Part shown: in pieces, positions 21,725 to 32,882 of the stretch
Position numbering within the stretch: position 1 is the first letter of the stretch
Layout: every line of letters starts with the position of its first letter
Assembly (NCBI GenBank): GCA_041746575.1
Contig: JBGTGT010000085.1
Coordinates: 1-64,000, forward strand
DNA: 64,000 nucleotides
Source: Microcystaceae cyanobacterium
GTDB lineage: Bacteria; Cyanobacteriota; Cyanobacteriia; Cyanobacteriales; Microcystaceae
Direction of reading: 5' to 3'
Notes under the pieces: generated by a model
What the model saw: only the letters and a program-made list of their open reading frames with translations
The model's database searches: none
What the model was told of the DNA's origin: nothing
Position numbers and translations under genes: made by a program

Positions 21725-21998
21725 TAAAGAGCGATCGCACCCCCCATAGATACCCCGATAATATGGGCTTTATTGATGTTGAGTCCGTCGAGAAGTCCGA
21801 TTGCATCCAATGCCATATCCTCTAAGCTATAGGGCGATTTTTGCCAATCTAGGGCAAGATAAACCTACATCCCGATTATCGAAGCAGATAACGGAGTATC
21901 CTTCATGGACAATGGGAACGATAAAATAGAGAAACCACTGGAGACAAGGACAAGAAATCCCCCATAATTAACATAACTGTGAGATTTTTCAGGTCACT
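21725..21998 (-). pseudogene. Alpha/beta-hydrolase relic with two frameshifts, truncated
   Basis: Three frames give KNLTVMLIMG / CLQWFLYFIVPIVHEGYSVICFDNRDVGLS / DWQKSPYSLEDMALDAIGLLDGLNINKAHIIGVSMGGAIAL* (GxSxG nucleophile elbow). Confidence 0.85.
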
Positions 21999-22151
21999 TG
22001 CGTTTTTGCTGAAACCTTTGGGGGCATTTCTGATGTGGCATTTAGTCCTGATGCTGACGAGGTGACAACCCCGTGAAAAGCCCGACAGTGTAGGAAATGA
22101 GTGCGTTTTGGAACTGCACAAGCTATGATCTTAAGAAGGTGACCTCAATAG

Positions 22152-22877
22152 ATGATGAAATTTAGCCGTATGACCGATTCTTTATCTCCTATGCCGCCTC
22201 GAAGTAACCCTAAATCCTCTTCTAAATTTACTGCTTTTTTTTTCTCAGGAAGCTTAATTTTACTTCTCTTATTTCTTAACGGAATGACTCAAATTTTTAA
22301 AGAGCGATCGCTAAATTTTAGCCAACAAATGCCTTTAAATCCACCCCCCTTGATGATGGAAGGTGGCGATCCCTATATCCGCGCCCTAATGCGAACAATT
22401 TCTGCCAGCGAATCCAATGTTGCCCAACCTTATCATGTTTTGTATGGGGGGGAATATGTCAAGAACTTAAATAAACACCCCGAAAAATGTATGCCAATTA
22501 AGATTGGACCCAATGCAGGTAATTGTTCAACGGCGGCCGGACGCTATCAAATGTTAGACTTTACTTGGGCAGAAAAAGCGCAACAATATCATCCTCAACC
22601 CTCTCAATTTTTGCGATGGAAATCTTACAGTTTTGCCGCAGAATATCAAGATGCAGTGGTGTATAACTGGTTAAACGATTCTCAAGTGTGGGGAATAGAC
22701 ATTTCTCAACAGTTACGAAAAGGCAACCTTGAAAACGTCTTACGTCATTTATCAGGCACATGGACCAGTTTAGGGTACGGCATTGAGTCAAATAGTATGA
22801 GTTCTTATTTACCTCAGATTTATCAAAAAATGCTTAAAGAAGAATTAAGTCACCCATCGTCCTTAATAAAAACTTAA
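22152..22877 (+). CDS. Membrane-anchored lysozyme-like muramidase (GH104/lambda-lysozyme-like)
   Basis: RALMRTISASES, STAAGRYQ, QD and TWTSL motifs; N-terminal TM segment. Confidence 0.8.
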   Translation: MMKFSRMTDSLSPMPPRSNPKSSSKFTAFFFSGSLILLLLFLNGMTQIFKERSLNFSQQMPLNPPPLMMEGGDPYIRALMRTISASESNVAQPYHVLYGGEYVKNLNKHPEKCMPIKIGPNAGNCSTAAGRYQMLDFTWAEKAQQYHPQPSQFLRWKSYSFAAEYQDAVVYNWLNDSQVWGIDISQQLRKGNLENVLRHLSGTWTSLGYGIESNSMSSYLPQIYQKMLKEELSHPSSLIKT

Positions 22878-23061
22878 TTTAAAATTATCTATTCTGAAGC
22901 TTTAGAGGGATAATATTTTCTGTAACGTTCTCTAGAATATAATCAATTAAAAAGGGTTTTGTTACCGTTAATCCAATCTTAATAAAGATCCGCTAAACTG
23001 ACTAAGATTGAGGGATCTCAGCTATAAACCTTCTGATGTGAGCAAATCGGATTTATTTCCT

Positions 23062-24480
23062 ATGAAACCGTTACCTTTTCGGACTAAAATCGTCGCTACA
23101 ATTGGTCCAGCCAGCCAATCTCCGAATGTCCTGCGCCAGATGTTCCAAGCAGGGTTAAGTGTTGCCAGACTGAACTTTTCCCACGGTAACTACGAAGATC
23201 ATGGTCGCATGGTCAAATTATTACGAGAATTATCCCAAGAATTAGATCAACCTCTCACGATTCTTCAGGATTTACAAGGTCCAAAAATTCGCGTGGGCAA
23301 CTTACCCCCCGAAGGGATAAAACTGATGGAAGGGGAATCAATTACCCTTCTACCCATAGATAAATGGAATAGTCAAGCCAATAGCGTAGGCATTGATTAT
23401 CCCTATGTTGCCAAAGAAGCAGAATCAGGCACGCAAGTATTGCTAGATGATGGCTTATTAGAACTTAACGTTCAATACATCAAAGAAGATGAAGTTATTT
23501 GTCAAGTCGTCAAAGGGGGTCTTTTAAAAAGTAATAAAGGGGTTAATTTTCCGACCCTAAATTTACGTTTACCCTCCATGACAGAAAAAGATAAAAAAGA
23601 TTTAGACTTTGGACTATCTCAGGGAGTTGATATTATCTCTCTTAGTTTTGTTCGCAAAGCCGATGATATTAAAGAACTTAAACGAATTATTGCCGATAAA
23701 GGATTAAATACGCCTGTTTTAGCTAAGATTGAAAAACCGCAAGCCGTTGACCAATTAGAAGCCATCGTCGATGAATGCGATGCCATTATGGTGGCTAGAG
23801 GAGATTTAGGTGTAGAAATGCGTCCAGAGAAAGTGCCATTGATTCAGAAACGCATTATCGAAATGTGCAATGAAAAGGGCATTCCGGTGATTACTGCCAC
23901 CCAAATGCTAGACAGCATGATTCGCAATCCTCGTCCGACTCGTGCGGAAGCCAGTGATGTGGCTAATGCCATTATTGACGGAACCGATGCAGTGATGCTA
24001 TCAGGAGAATCGGCAGTGGGGGATTATCCCGTGGAATCGGTGCAAATGTTAGCCCTTATCGCCGCAGATGTGGAACCCGAAATCGCTTTTATTAATTATC
24101 CCCCTCGCAATCTAGATCAAGCCCACGCCCTGGCAGAAGCGATAAACGCCATTGACGAAGTTCTGATCTTAAAATGTATTGTCGCTTTTACAGAAACGGG
24201 ACGTTCGGCAAAATTGGCGGCGGCTGAACGGCCAAGCGTCCCCGTGATTGCCCTAACACCGAATGAAGATACCTACCATCGTTTGAATCTTGTTTGGGGC
24301 GTTCGTCCTCTTTTATTTAACAGCGCAGAAACCTCCCTTGAAGGAGTGATTAAACAGATGGAGGAGATTTTATTAGGGCGTCATTGGGTAGAAAAAGACG
24401 ACCAAGTCTTAATTCTTGGTGGCCTTCCTCTGAGAACAGCCCATACGACTAATTATCTTAAAATTCATACTATTGGGTAA
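23062..24480 (+). CDS. pyk: Pyruvate kinase
   Basis: [42 protein letters not shown] and MLSGESA motifs. Confidence 0.96.
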   Translation: MKPLPFRTKIVATIGPASQSPNVLRQMFQAGLSVARLNFSHGNYEDHGRMVKLLRELSQELDQPLTILQDLQGPKIRVGNLPPEGIKLMEGESITLLPIDKWNSQANSVGIDYPYVAKEAESGTQVLLDDGLLELNVQYIKEDEVICQVVKGGLLKSNKGVNFPTLNLRLPSMTEKDKKDLDFGLSQGVDIISLSFVRKADDIKELKRIIADKGLNTPVLAKIEKPQAVDQLEAIVDECDAIMVARGDLGVEMRPEKVPLIQKRIIEMCNEKGIPVITATQMLDSMIRNPRPTRAEASDVANAIIDGTDAVMLSGESAVGDYPVESVQMLALIAADVEPEIAFINYPPRNLDQAHALAEAINAIDEVLILKCIVAFTETGRSAKLAAAERPSVPVIALTPNEDTYHRLNLVWGVRPLLFNSAETSLEGVIKQMEEILLGRHWVEKDDQVLILGGLPLRTAHTTNYLKIHTIG

Positions 24481-24537
24481 CAGTAACCCATCGACCGTTT
24501 TCGAGTAACGACTTTAACCTTCTGACTTTTTTGCTAT

Positions 24538-25233
24538 ATGTCTCAACTTATTTTGACCCGACACGGACAAAGCCTGTGGAACGCCCAAAATAAATTCACG
24601 GGATGGGTAGATGTTCCCATTAGCGAACAAGGACGCGCTGAAGCCACCATTGCCTCTTGTAAATTACGGGAGTATCGGGTAGATATTTGTTTTACCAGTA
24701 TGCTCTTTCGTGCCATTGAAACGGCGATTATTATCCTCACCGAAGTGGATGATATTTGCGGCGGCAAAACCCCGATTATTAAACATGATGAAGATGACGA
24801 AGATTGGCGCGGTTGGGATCAATATTATGGCAGTCGAGACCAAGAATTACCTGTCATACTAAGTGCCGCTTTAGATGAGCGATTCTACGGCAATTTACAA
24901 GGATTAGATAAAGCAGAAACCGCCGAAAAATTCGGAGCAGAACAAGTTCACCTGTGGCGGCGTTCTTATGATATTCAACCCCCCGGTGGCGAGAGTTTAG
25001 AAGATACAAAAAATCGTACCCTACCCTTCTTTAAAAATCGAATTATGACCCACCTGATGGAAGGAGATAACGTTTTAATTGCGGCTCATGGGAACTCTTT
25101 GAGGGCGATTGTTATGGAACTCGAAAATATCTCAGAAGAAGACATTCCCAGTCTTGAACTAGAAACGGGAATTCCGCTTGTTTACAGGATGGATTCTTCA
25201 GGGAAAGTCACAGACAAAAAAATCTTAAAGTAA
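24538..25233 (+). CDS. gpmA: 2,3-BPG-dependent phosphoglycerate mutase
   Basis: RHGQSLWN..N.FTGWVD, ERFYG.LQG and AHGNSLR motifs. Confidence 0.92.
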   Translation: MSQLILTRHGQSLWNAQNKFTGWVDVPISEQGRAEATIASCKLREYRVDICFTSMLFRAIETAIIILTEVDDICGGKTPIIKHDEDDEDWRGWDQYYGSRDQELPVILSAALDERFYGNLQGLDKAETAEKFGAEQVHLWRRSYDIQPPGGESLEDTKNRTLPFFKNRIMTHLMEGDNVLIAAHGNSLRAIVMELENISEEDIPSLELETGIPLVYRMDSSGKVTDKKILK

Positions 25234-25386
25234 CTTAAATTTAGGAAAAATGATAAATGATAAACTCCTGACTTCTTGCGGCCACCGACTTATCTCTTAC
25301 CCCAAACCCACGTTAAAATGTCCATAAACGGGCAAAGCTTTTACCCACAGTTAACGCTAATTGAAATCACTTGGAGATCCTAAAAC

Positions 25387-26565
25387 ATGGCTAATTTATT
25401 AGAGCAATTGAGAGAAATGACGGTTGTCGTCGCTGATACAGGAGACTTACAAGCGATTGAACAATTCACCCCTAGAGATGCCACCACTAACCCCTCTCTA
25501 ATCACGGCGGCCGCTCAAATGCCTCAATATCAAGAAATCGTCGATGAAACCTTATTACAAGCCAAAAAAGACGCTGGTTCTGGAGCCACCAATTCAGACA
25601 TTGCAACCTTGGCTTTTGATCGATTAGCGGTTTCTTTTGGCAAAAAAATTCTAGCAATTGTTCCGAAACGGGTGTCCACAGAAGTAGATGCGCGTTTATC
25701 TTACAATACAGAAGCTACCCTTTCCAAAGCACGGGATTTAATTAGTCAATATGAAGCGGCGGGCATTTCTCGTCAACGAATTCTGATTAAAATTGCCTCA
25801 ACGTGGGAAGGCATTCAAGCGGCAACTGCTTTAGAAAAAGAAGGGATTCATTGTAATTTAACCTTATTGTTTGGATTGCATCAAGCGATTGCCTGTGCCG
25901 AAGCAGGAGTCACTTTAATTTCTCCTTTTGTGGGTCGCATTTTAGATTGGTACAAAAAAGATACAGGTAAAGATTATCAAGGTGCAGAAGATCCCGGTGT
26001 GCAATCGGTTACCGAAATTTATAACTATTACAAAAAGTTTGGTTATACCACCGAAGTGATGGGGGCGAGTTTCCGCAACATTGGCGAGATTCAAGAGTTA
26101 GCAGGTTGTGATTTATTGACCATTTCTCCGCAATTATTAGCGGAATTAGAGTCAACAGCAGGGGATTTGGCACGTAAACTTGACCCCAAAAAAGTAGAAA
26201 CGATGGACATTGCTAAAATCTCGATGGATAAATCCACTTTTGATAAAATGCACGCCGAAAATCGGATGGCTTTTGAAAAATTAGATGAGGGCATTAAAGG
26301 TTTTACAAAAGCTCTTGAAACCTTAGAAGAATTATTAGCACAACGGTTAGTGCGCTTAGAAGCTGGGGCAAAAGTGGGCGAAGCAGGAACAACACTTTTC
26401 CAAAGCTATGATCTTGATGGGGATGGTTTAATTACCCGCGAAGAATGGCTCGGGAGTGATAGCGTTTTCGATGCCCTAGACGAAGATCATGACGGCGTAA
26501 TTTCTGTAGATGAAATGGGTCGAGGATTAGGCGGAATTCTTCAATTAGCAACGGCGATGAATTAA
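25387..26565 (+). CDS. tal: Transaldolase with C-terminal EF-hand pair
   Basis: [15 protein letters not shown] and [10 protein letters not shown] motifs; [12 protein letters not shown] and [14 protein letters not shown]-hands. Confidence 0.96.
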   Translation: MANLLEQLREMTVVVADTGDLQAIEQFTPRDATTNPSLITAAAQMPQYQEIVDETLLQAKKDAGSGATNSDIATLAFDRLAVSFGKKILAIVPKRVSTEVDARLSYNTEATLSKARDLISQYEAAGISRQRILIKIASTWEGIQAATALEKEGIHCNLTLLFGLHQAIACAEAGVTLISPFVGRILDWYKKDTGKDYQGAEDPGVQSVTEIYNYYKKFGYTTEVMGASFRNIGEIQELAGCDLLTISPQLLAELESTAGDLARKLDPKKVETMDIAKISMDKSTFDKMHAENRMAFEKLDEGIKGFTKALETLEELLAQRLVRLEAGAKVGEAGTTLFQSYDLDGDGLITREEWLGSDSVFDALDEDHDGVISVDEMGRGLGGILQLATAMN

Positions 26566-26733
26566 GAGAAAATAACCTTTTTGAATCCTCTTCTTTGCTA
26601 GTTAAGAAGGGGATTTAAGGTAATTAAAAATGCTCATTTTTTATTAGTAAAAGCGGGCTTCTCAATTCTAGCCGCATTATTCGCGAAAATGGCTCTTCTG
26701 AGCAAAAATTATGACAAATATCAAGAAAAACCA

Positions 26734-27123
26734 ATGATAATCAATCTTTTTATAACAGTGGGATCTGTTTTGGCCGGTTTAGCTGTGGCAGGTGGGTCAT
26801 TTGCTTCCCATGCGTTGAAGGATAGACTGAGCGAAAGGGCGTTAGACATTTTCGAGACGGGTATTAAATATCAGATGTATCATGCTTTAGGTATTATCTT
26901 GGTCGCTTTATTGCTTTCTCGGCTAGAAACGCTCCCCAATACCCTGATTTCAGCCGCTTATGCTTTTATGATCGGCATCATTCTTTTTTCAGGAAGTTTA
27001 TATGGTTTAAGTCTCAGTGGCATCAAAATTTTGGGGGCAATTACCCCCTTAGGCGGCGTGGCTTTTTTAATCGGTTGGGGATGTCTGGCAGTGGGGGCAG
27101 TGGGGCTTAAATGGTTACCGTAA
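26734..27123 (+). CDS. DUF423 family membrane protein
   Basis: FASHAL, YQMYHA, LFSGSLY and ITPLGG motifs. Confidence 0.88.
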   Translation: MIINLFITVGSVLAGLAVAGGSFASHALKDRLSERALDIFETGIKYQMYHALGIILVALLLSRLETLPNTLISAAYAFMIGIILFSGSLYGLSLSGIKILGAITPLGGVAFLIGWGCLAVGAVGLKWLP

Positions 27124-27211
27124 ATGGTTAATTGTGACCAATTTTTAGATATTTTAATTAAATCTTTTTACTTTCCCGCTCACTGCTCAAGCGTTCCAAT
27201 CAGTCTATTCT

Positions 27212-27901
27212 TTAAGGAGTCGGCAAAAGTTGTAAAGCATTCAAAAATGAGCGCGTTTGCCGTTCTTCGGGTTTTTCGGTCGGATAACGAACCCCTAAGA
27301 CATATACTTTTTGATTGACGAGGTAAGCACGAACAATAATTGCTTCATCTATACCTTTTATTCCTTCATAGCTGAATTCTATACCCGGAAATTCGTTAAG
27401 CTTGATCATTTGGGTGTCAGTTAACTTAAATTGAGCTTCAGGGGCGACTTTATTTTGTATTGCGCTTAAAATCGCTTCAGGCTGACGAATTTGTTCTTCT
27501 GTTAAAGAATGGGCATAGGCGACCACAAAACGGCGGTCTTCGCTATTAGAAGAGAGGGTACGAAAAGATAAATCGCCTAATTTGGTGTTTAACATCACGG
27601 ATTCATCCGTCAAAGCCCCCGGTGGCATCCAAAACGAGATCCCACCCTCTTTAAAGATAATAAATTGCCAACTACGAGAGTTTTCTCTGGGTGACATCAC
27701 CCCACGAGGAGGAGAAGTGAACATAATACGATCTTCTGAACTCAGGCGGCCGGTTTCAAAAAAACTCCGAACTTCTTGACCCGCAGATTGTGCCAGTTGA
27801 AGTAGAGGATAGAAAGAATTAGCATTAACCCGACTCAAGGGAACTAGACTGATTAATCCTGATATTACGCTCAAATATAAAAATCTATAATTGTTTTTCA
27901 T
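27212..27901 (-). CDS. Secreted hypothetical protein
   Basis: Long ORF; signal-peptide-like N-terminus from the Met at 27901; family not recognised with confidence. Confidence 0.65.
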   Translation of the reverse strand: MKNNYRFLYLSVISGLISLVPLSRVNANSFYPLLQLAQSAGQEVRSFFETGRLSSEDRIMFTSPPRGVMSPRENSRSWQFIIFKEGGISFWMPPGALTDESVMLNTKLGDLSFRTLSSNSEDRRFVVAYAHSLTEEQIRQPEAILSAIQNKVAPEAQFKLTDTQMIKLNEFPGIEFSYEGIKGIDEAIIVRAYLVNQKVYVLGVRYPTEKPEERQTRSFLNALQLLPTP

Positions 27902-28137
27902 GGGTTGATTTTCGTCAGTTAGGCAATTCTTGATTATCTTAACATTGCACCTTGTCATAATCTCTTGAATCAGGGGTTAACTTAAAACTTTCTAAGAAAT
28001 AACTAAGGACAGGTCGATTTACCCTTACAATGATTATCGGCAAACCCGTCATTATTCTCCCAATTATCGGGAGCTATATTCAAGACGTTATAAGGATGTG
28101 ACCTCATCTAAGCTAAAAATCGAAAGTTAATACTATT

Positions 28138-29715
28138 ATGGCCAAAGTTTTAGTCTCCGATCCCATTGATCAAGCGGGTATTGATGTTTTATCCCAAGTT
28201 GCCCAAGTGGATGTCAAAACCAAGCTACCCGTTGAAGAATTAGTAAAAATTATTCCTGACTATGATGCCTTGATGCTTCGTTCTGGCACAAAAGTCACCC
28301 AAGACGTCATAGAAGCGGGAACGCAACTCAAAATCATTGGACGGGCAGGGGTTGGGGTTGATAATATTGACGTTTCTGCCGCGACTCGCAAAGGGATTGT
28401 TGTGGTGAATTCCCCAGAAGGGAACACGATTGCCGCCGCTGAACACGCCATCGCCATGATGCTCTCATTATCTCGTCATATCCCCAATGCCAATCAATCC
28501 GTCAAAGCCCAAGAATGGGATCGCAAAAGCTTTATGGGAACGGAAGTCTATAAAAAAAACTTGGGGGTGATTGGACTGGGTAAAATTGGCTCTCACGTGG
28601 CGGCAGTCGGCAAATCCCTAGGGATGAAACTCTTAGCGTACGATCCCTTCATTACCAAAGATCGTGCCGCTCAATTAGGCTGTAGATTGGTGGATTTAGA
28701 CTTATTATTCTCAGAATCAGATTACATTACCCTTCATGTCCCCAAAACACCAGAAACCACCCATTTAATTAATACAGAGTCCCTCAGCAAAATGAAACCC
28801 AATGCCCGTATTATTAACTGTTCACGGGGGGGGATCATTGACGAAAATGCCCTTGCTGATGCCCTAGAAGCCGGAAAAATTGCGGGGGCCGCTTTAGATG
28901 TCTTTGAAGAAGAACCCCTTGGGGAATCCCGTTTAAGAGGCTTAAAAAACGCCATTTTAACCCCTCACTTAGGAGCTTCTACCGAAGAAGCGCAAGTCAA
29001 CGTCGCCATCGATGTCGCTGAACAAATTCGTGATGTCTTATTAGGACTGCCGGCTCGCTCTGCGGTCAATATTCCGGGCTTAACCCCCGATGTCATGGAG
29101 AAAATGCGCCCCTATCTCCAATTAGCAGAAACATTGGGGAATTTAGTCGGTCAATTAGCCGGTGGACGAATTGAAAGCTTAACGGTGCGTTTACAAGGGG
29201 ACTTAGCGATGAACGATAGTCGTCCTTTGGTAGTGGCTTCTCTCAAAGGTTTACTGTCTCAGGCTCTGCGAGAACGGGTCAATTATGTTAATGCGGCTAT
29301 TGAAGCCAAAGAGCGAGGAATTCGAGTCATTGAAACAAAAGATACCTCTATTCGAGATTATGCGGGTTCTCTCTATCTAGAAGCCACTGGTTTGTCGGGA
29401 ACGCACTCGGTTACAGGCGCATTATTGAGTAATGGGGAAATTCGCATTACTGATATCGATGACTTTCCGATTAATGTGCCGCCGACTGACTATATGTTAT
29501 TTACGCTTCACCGTGATATGCCAGGGATTATTGGTAAAATTGGCTCATTTTTGGGGAGTTATAACGTCAATATTGCCAGTATGCAAGTCGGACGAAAAAT
29601 CGTGCGGGGTGACGCTTTAATGGCTCTCAGTTTAGATGATCCTCTCCCTGAAGGCTTATTAGCCGAAATTACAAAAGTCGACGGTATTCGAGACGCATAC
29701 ACCGTCAAACTATAA
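28138..29715 (+). CDS. serA: D-3-phosphoglycerate dehydrogenase
   Basis: RAGVGVDNID, GLGKIG, INCSRGG and TPHLGAST motifs; ASB and ACT domains. Confidence 0.96.
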   Translation: MAKVLVSDPIDQAGIDVLSQVAQVDVKTKLPVEELVKIIPDYDALMLRSGTKVTQDVIEAGTQLKIIGRAGVGVDNIDVSAATRKGIVVVNSPEGNTIAAAEHAIAMMLSLSRHIPNANQSVKAQEWDRKSFMGTEVYKKNLGVIGLGKIGSHVAAVGKSLGMKLLAYDPFITKDRAAQLGCRLVDLDLLFSESDYITLHVPKTPETTHLINTESLSKMKPNARIINCSRGGIIDENALADALEAGKIAGAALDVFEEEPLGESRLRGLKNAILTPHLGASTEEAQVNVAIDVAEQIRDVLLGLPARSAVNIPGLTPDVMEKMRPYLQLAETLGNLVGQLAGGRIESLTVRLQGDLAMNDSRPLVVASLKGLLSQALRERVNYVNAAIEAKERGIRVIETKDTSIRDYAGSLYLEATGLSGTHSVTGALLSNGEIRITDIDDFPINVPPTDYMLFTLHRDMPGIIGKIGSFLGSYNVNIASMQVGRKIVRGDALMALSLDDPLPEGLLAEITKVDGIRDAYTVKL

Positions 29716-29852
29716 AGGAGGTACTCAGTTTAAGTATAGGTGGGTATCGCTTAAAAGGGGTCGAGGTTTGAGCCTTTTCTAATGGATAGTGTATCGTTGT
29801 TACCGATTATCTATTTATGACCCATTACCGATTATCTTCCTACTCAAAGCTT

Positions 29853-30815
29853 ATGTTAGCGTATCTCATTAAACGCGTTTGTCTGGCCATTCCCACCATT
29901 TTGGCCATTAGTTTAGTCATCTTTATTATCCTTGCGATCGCTCCCGGCGACCCGTTAGGAGAATTTGCAGCCAATCCCTCGATTACGGAAGAAGTTAGGG
30001 AAAACATTCGTAAAAGTTTTGGACTCGATCAACCGCTTCATATTCGTTATTTTAAATGGATTTTTGCGTTTCTTAGAGGGGATTTTGGCTATTCTTTCAC
30101 CAGTCGCAGTCCTGTTTCAGAATTGATTTTACAACGACTGCCGACGACCCTTTGGATTGTAGGAACAGCCTATTTTTTAAGTTGTTTAATTGCTTTTCCG
30201 TTGGGAATTATTTCAGCGATTAAGCGTAATCAATGGATCGATCAAGTGCTAACAACTTTTTCCTTTTTAGGATTTTCTTTGCCTACTTTTTTTACGGGAT
30301 TACTCTTTATTTTACTATTTAGTATTCAATTACATTGGTTACCTTTTATCTACAATAGCACCCTAGAATTAAACCGTTTATCGAATATGGGGGAACAGAT
30401 TAAACAGTCTATTATGCCGATTACGGTTTTAGTGTTGTACCAAATGGCAGTCTTAATGCGTTTTATGCGGTCTTCTGTCATTGATGAATTGCCGCAAGAA
30501 TACGTCAAAACGGCCTATGCGAAAGGATTAAATCAAGGGAAAATTATCAGAATTCATGTTTTACGCAATGCAATGATTCCGGTTATCACCCTAGTGGCGT
30601 TGGATATTCCTGCTATTTTTACAGGCGCATTAGTTACAGAACAAATTTTTCGAGTACCGGGTATTGGTTCATTATTAATTGAATCGATTCACCGAAGTGA
30701 TACCCCTGTTGTGATGGCAATTACGGTGATTTATGGGGTTTTAATTGTCATTTTTAATATGATAGCTGATGTCCTCTATGGTTTTTTGGATCCAAGGGTT
30801 AGATACGAAAATTAA
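29853..30815 (+). CDS. Peptide ABC transporter permease (DppB/OppB-like)
   Basis: APGDP, GLDQP, YVKTAYAKGL (EAA loop), HVLRNA and LDPRVR motifs. Confidence 0.92.
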   Translation: MLAYLIKRVCLAIPTILAISLVIFIILAIAPGDPLGEFAANPSITEEVRENIRKSFGLDQPLHIRYFKWIFAFLRGDFGYSFTSRSPVSELILQRLPTTLWIVGTAYFLSCLIAFPLGIISAIKRNQWIDQVLTTFSFLGFSLPTFFTGLLFILLFSIQLHWLPFIYNSTLELNRLSNMGEQIKQSIMPITVLVLYQMAVLMRFMRSSVIDELPQEYVKTAYAKGLNQGKIIRIHVLRNAMIPVITLVALDIPAIFTGALVTEQIFRVPGIGSLLIESIHRSDTPVVMAITVIYGVLIVIFNMIADVLYGFLDPRVRYEN

Positions 30816-30917
30816 ATTCCTATTTAATAAAAAAGGACGAGTATTATTCGCCCTTGAGAATGACTATTATTAAAACAAAAAAACGTTTTTAACTTCGTCT
30901 TTTTAAGGAAAATTTAG

Positions 30918-31517
30918 TCAGGATTCAGCTCCTTTTCCATTGTCATTGCGACGAGGTTGAATCACTCCGTAACCGCCGTGATTGCGGATATAAATGACAT
31001 TAATTTCATCGGTTTCTTGGTTGCGGAACATATAAAAGTCATGATCCACTAATTGTAGTTGTTCCAAGGCGTCCTCAATTGTCATTGACGGCATGGCAAA
31101 ATACTTCATGCGAACCACTTCTGTCGGTAGTTCTGGGGTGCGATCGCCAATTAAATCCGTTGTAATCGGGGTGACTTCTGTTGGGGGTTCAAGAGGATCA
31201 GCCGTTTGGATTTTCTTATCCAATTGCCGTTCTTTATATTTCCGCAGTTGACGGGCAATCTTATCAGAAACTAAGTCAATACTTGCATATAGATTTTCAC
31301 TTCCCTCTTGGGCGCGAATCACTGTTCCGTTGGCATAAACCGTCACTTCTGCTTTATGTTTATTGGTAATACGAGCATTTTTGGCCACCGATAAATGAAC
31401 ATCAATCTTCGTGGCTAAACTCTGAAAGTGCTTGACGGCTTTTTCCAGCTTTTCTTGAACATAATCGTGGATAGCGTCTGTAACCGTAATGTTATTACCT
31501 TGAATTAAAAGCTTCAT
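30918..31517 (-). CDS. lrtA: Ribosome hibernation factor LrtA (long HPF)
   Basis: [10 protein letters not shown] start, LYASIDLV...RQLRKYK, and the C-terminal S30AE domain; ATG at 31517. Confidence 0.95.
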   Translation of the reverse strand: MKLLIQGNNITVTDAIHDYVQEKLEKAVKHFQSLATKIDVHLSVAKNARITNKHKAEVTVYANGTVIRAQEGSENLYASIDLVSDKIARQLRKYKERQLDKKIQTADPLEPPTEVTPITTDLIGDRTPELPTEVVRMKYFAMPSMTIEDALEQLQLVDHDFYMFRNQETDEINVIYIRNHGGYGVIQPRRNDNGKGAES

Positions 31518-32211
31518 ATTGAACACTCCATTATTGAGTTGACAGAATAGAGAAAACGGGGATGTTGTTTGGGTTTTCAAGATTCAGCCTAGAAACGGAA
31601 TCTCGCAGAAACAACAAAGATCAATGAGACAATTTTTCTCAGGAAATGCAATTAAGTTGGGGAAATTTTCCGAGAGACTTGCCCGTTAAATTGATCTAAT
31701 TTTTCAGTCAAAATGGAGTTCATTTTCGTTTTTTCTTCATAAGAGTTCCTTACCTCTATTGTGAATTCATCTGAAGGGAAAATCAGAAGAGATTGAACTC
31801 GGATGTCCAGGCCTTGAGCTTAGGTGTAAAACCCGAACCATTCTTTGCTTTTTGTTTAGTGAGCGTTCTATCTCTACCTTCATTCTACGCTTTTATTTCT
31901 TGATCCCCAATCTTTTTATTAATTTTTTACTTTAGCTCCAGTAACCACAATAAAATCCCATAGATTCTCTTCTCTCTCACGAATGAATGGTCGCTATTGT
32001 TACAATTGAGAGAAATTATTTGAAGAATCTTGCTGTGGGGAAAGGAATCAGGTCTTGCGAAACGAGTAACCTCCACAACCAATTTTGATATTATTAGGTT
32101 AGCATTTTGTATCCCTCCAAACAGCTTTATCGAGTTTCTTTATATTTTTCTTGGCATCCTGTTACATTTCTTCAAAAAAGTTGCGCCGCCGTTGATAAAT
32201 GATGAGGGATA

Positions 32212-32880
32212 ATGATCAACAAGTTTTCTGAGAAAAGAAACTGTATAGTAGAAAAATTAGGCATTATTCCCTATGTTCAAGCGTGGGACTATCAGCGATC
32301 GCTGGTACAGCAACGTCACCTAGATTCCACCCTTCTTGATCACCTTCTTTTGATGGAACATCCGCCCGTTTATACCTTGGGAACGGGATCTGACGCAAAT
32401 TTTCTTAAATTTAAGCCTGAGGAAACGGGTTGGACTGTTTATCGCACGGAACGAGGGGGAGAAGTCACCTATCACTGTCCAGGGCAAATTGTCGGCTATC
32501 CGATTCTGAATTTGCGTTACTATCAGATGGATTTACACTGGTATTTACGACAGTTAGAAGCCGTCATTATCGAAGTTTTGGCTCAATATCACCTAAAAGG
32601 CGAAAGAATAGACGGATTAACAGGGGTTTGGCTAGAGGGGGTTAAAGTGGCGGCTGTTGGCATTAAAGTCAGTCGTTGGATTACCTTACATGGCTTTGCG
32701 CTAAATGTATGTCCCAACTTGGATGGATTTCGTTATATTATTCCTTGTGGCATTGTAGATAAGCCCGTTGGTAGTTTACAGCAATTTTTACCGGAAATTA
32801 ATCTAGAAAAAGTATATGAAGACATTATAGAGGCATTTTCTGTCGTTTTTCAGGTTCAGTGCATCTTTGAGGACGAATAA
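32212..32880 (+). CDS. lipB: Lipoyl(octanoyl) transferase
   Basis: [28 protein letters not shown] and IPCGI motifs. Confidence 0.95.
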   Translation: MINKFSEKRNCIVEKLGIIPYVQAWDYQRSLVQQRHLDSTLLDHLLLMEHPPVYTLGTGSDANFLKFKPEETGWTVYRTERGGEVTYHCPGQIVGYPILNLRYYQMDLHWYLRQLEAVIIEVLAQYHLKGERIDGLTGVWLEGVKVAAVGIKVSRWITLHGFALNVCPNLDGFRYIIPCGIVDKPVGSLQQFLPEINLEKVYEDIIEAFSVVFQVQCIFEDE

Positions 32881-32882
32881 TT

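Noticed and set aside
21903..22121. 72-aa minus-strand ORF
   Set aside because: It is a chimera: the antisense of the WD40 scrap plus one frame of the hydrolase pseudogene.
26380..26565. EF-hand fusion on transaldolase as a novelty
   Set aside because: Already known in cyanobacterial transaldolases.
26640..26733. Possible EamA-like remnant (LLVKAGFSILAALFAKMAL) before DUF423
   Set aside because: Too short and generically hydrophobic to support.
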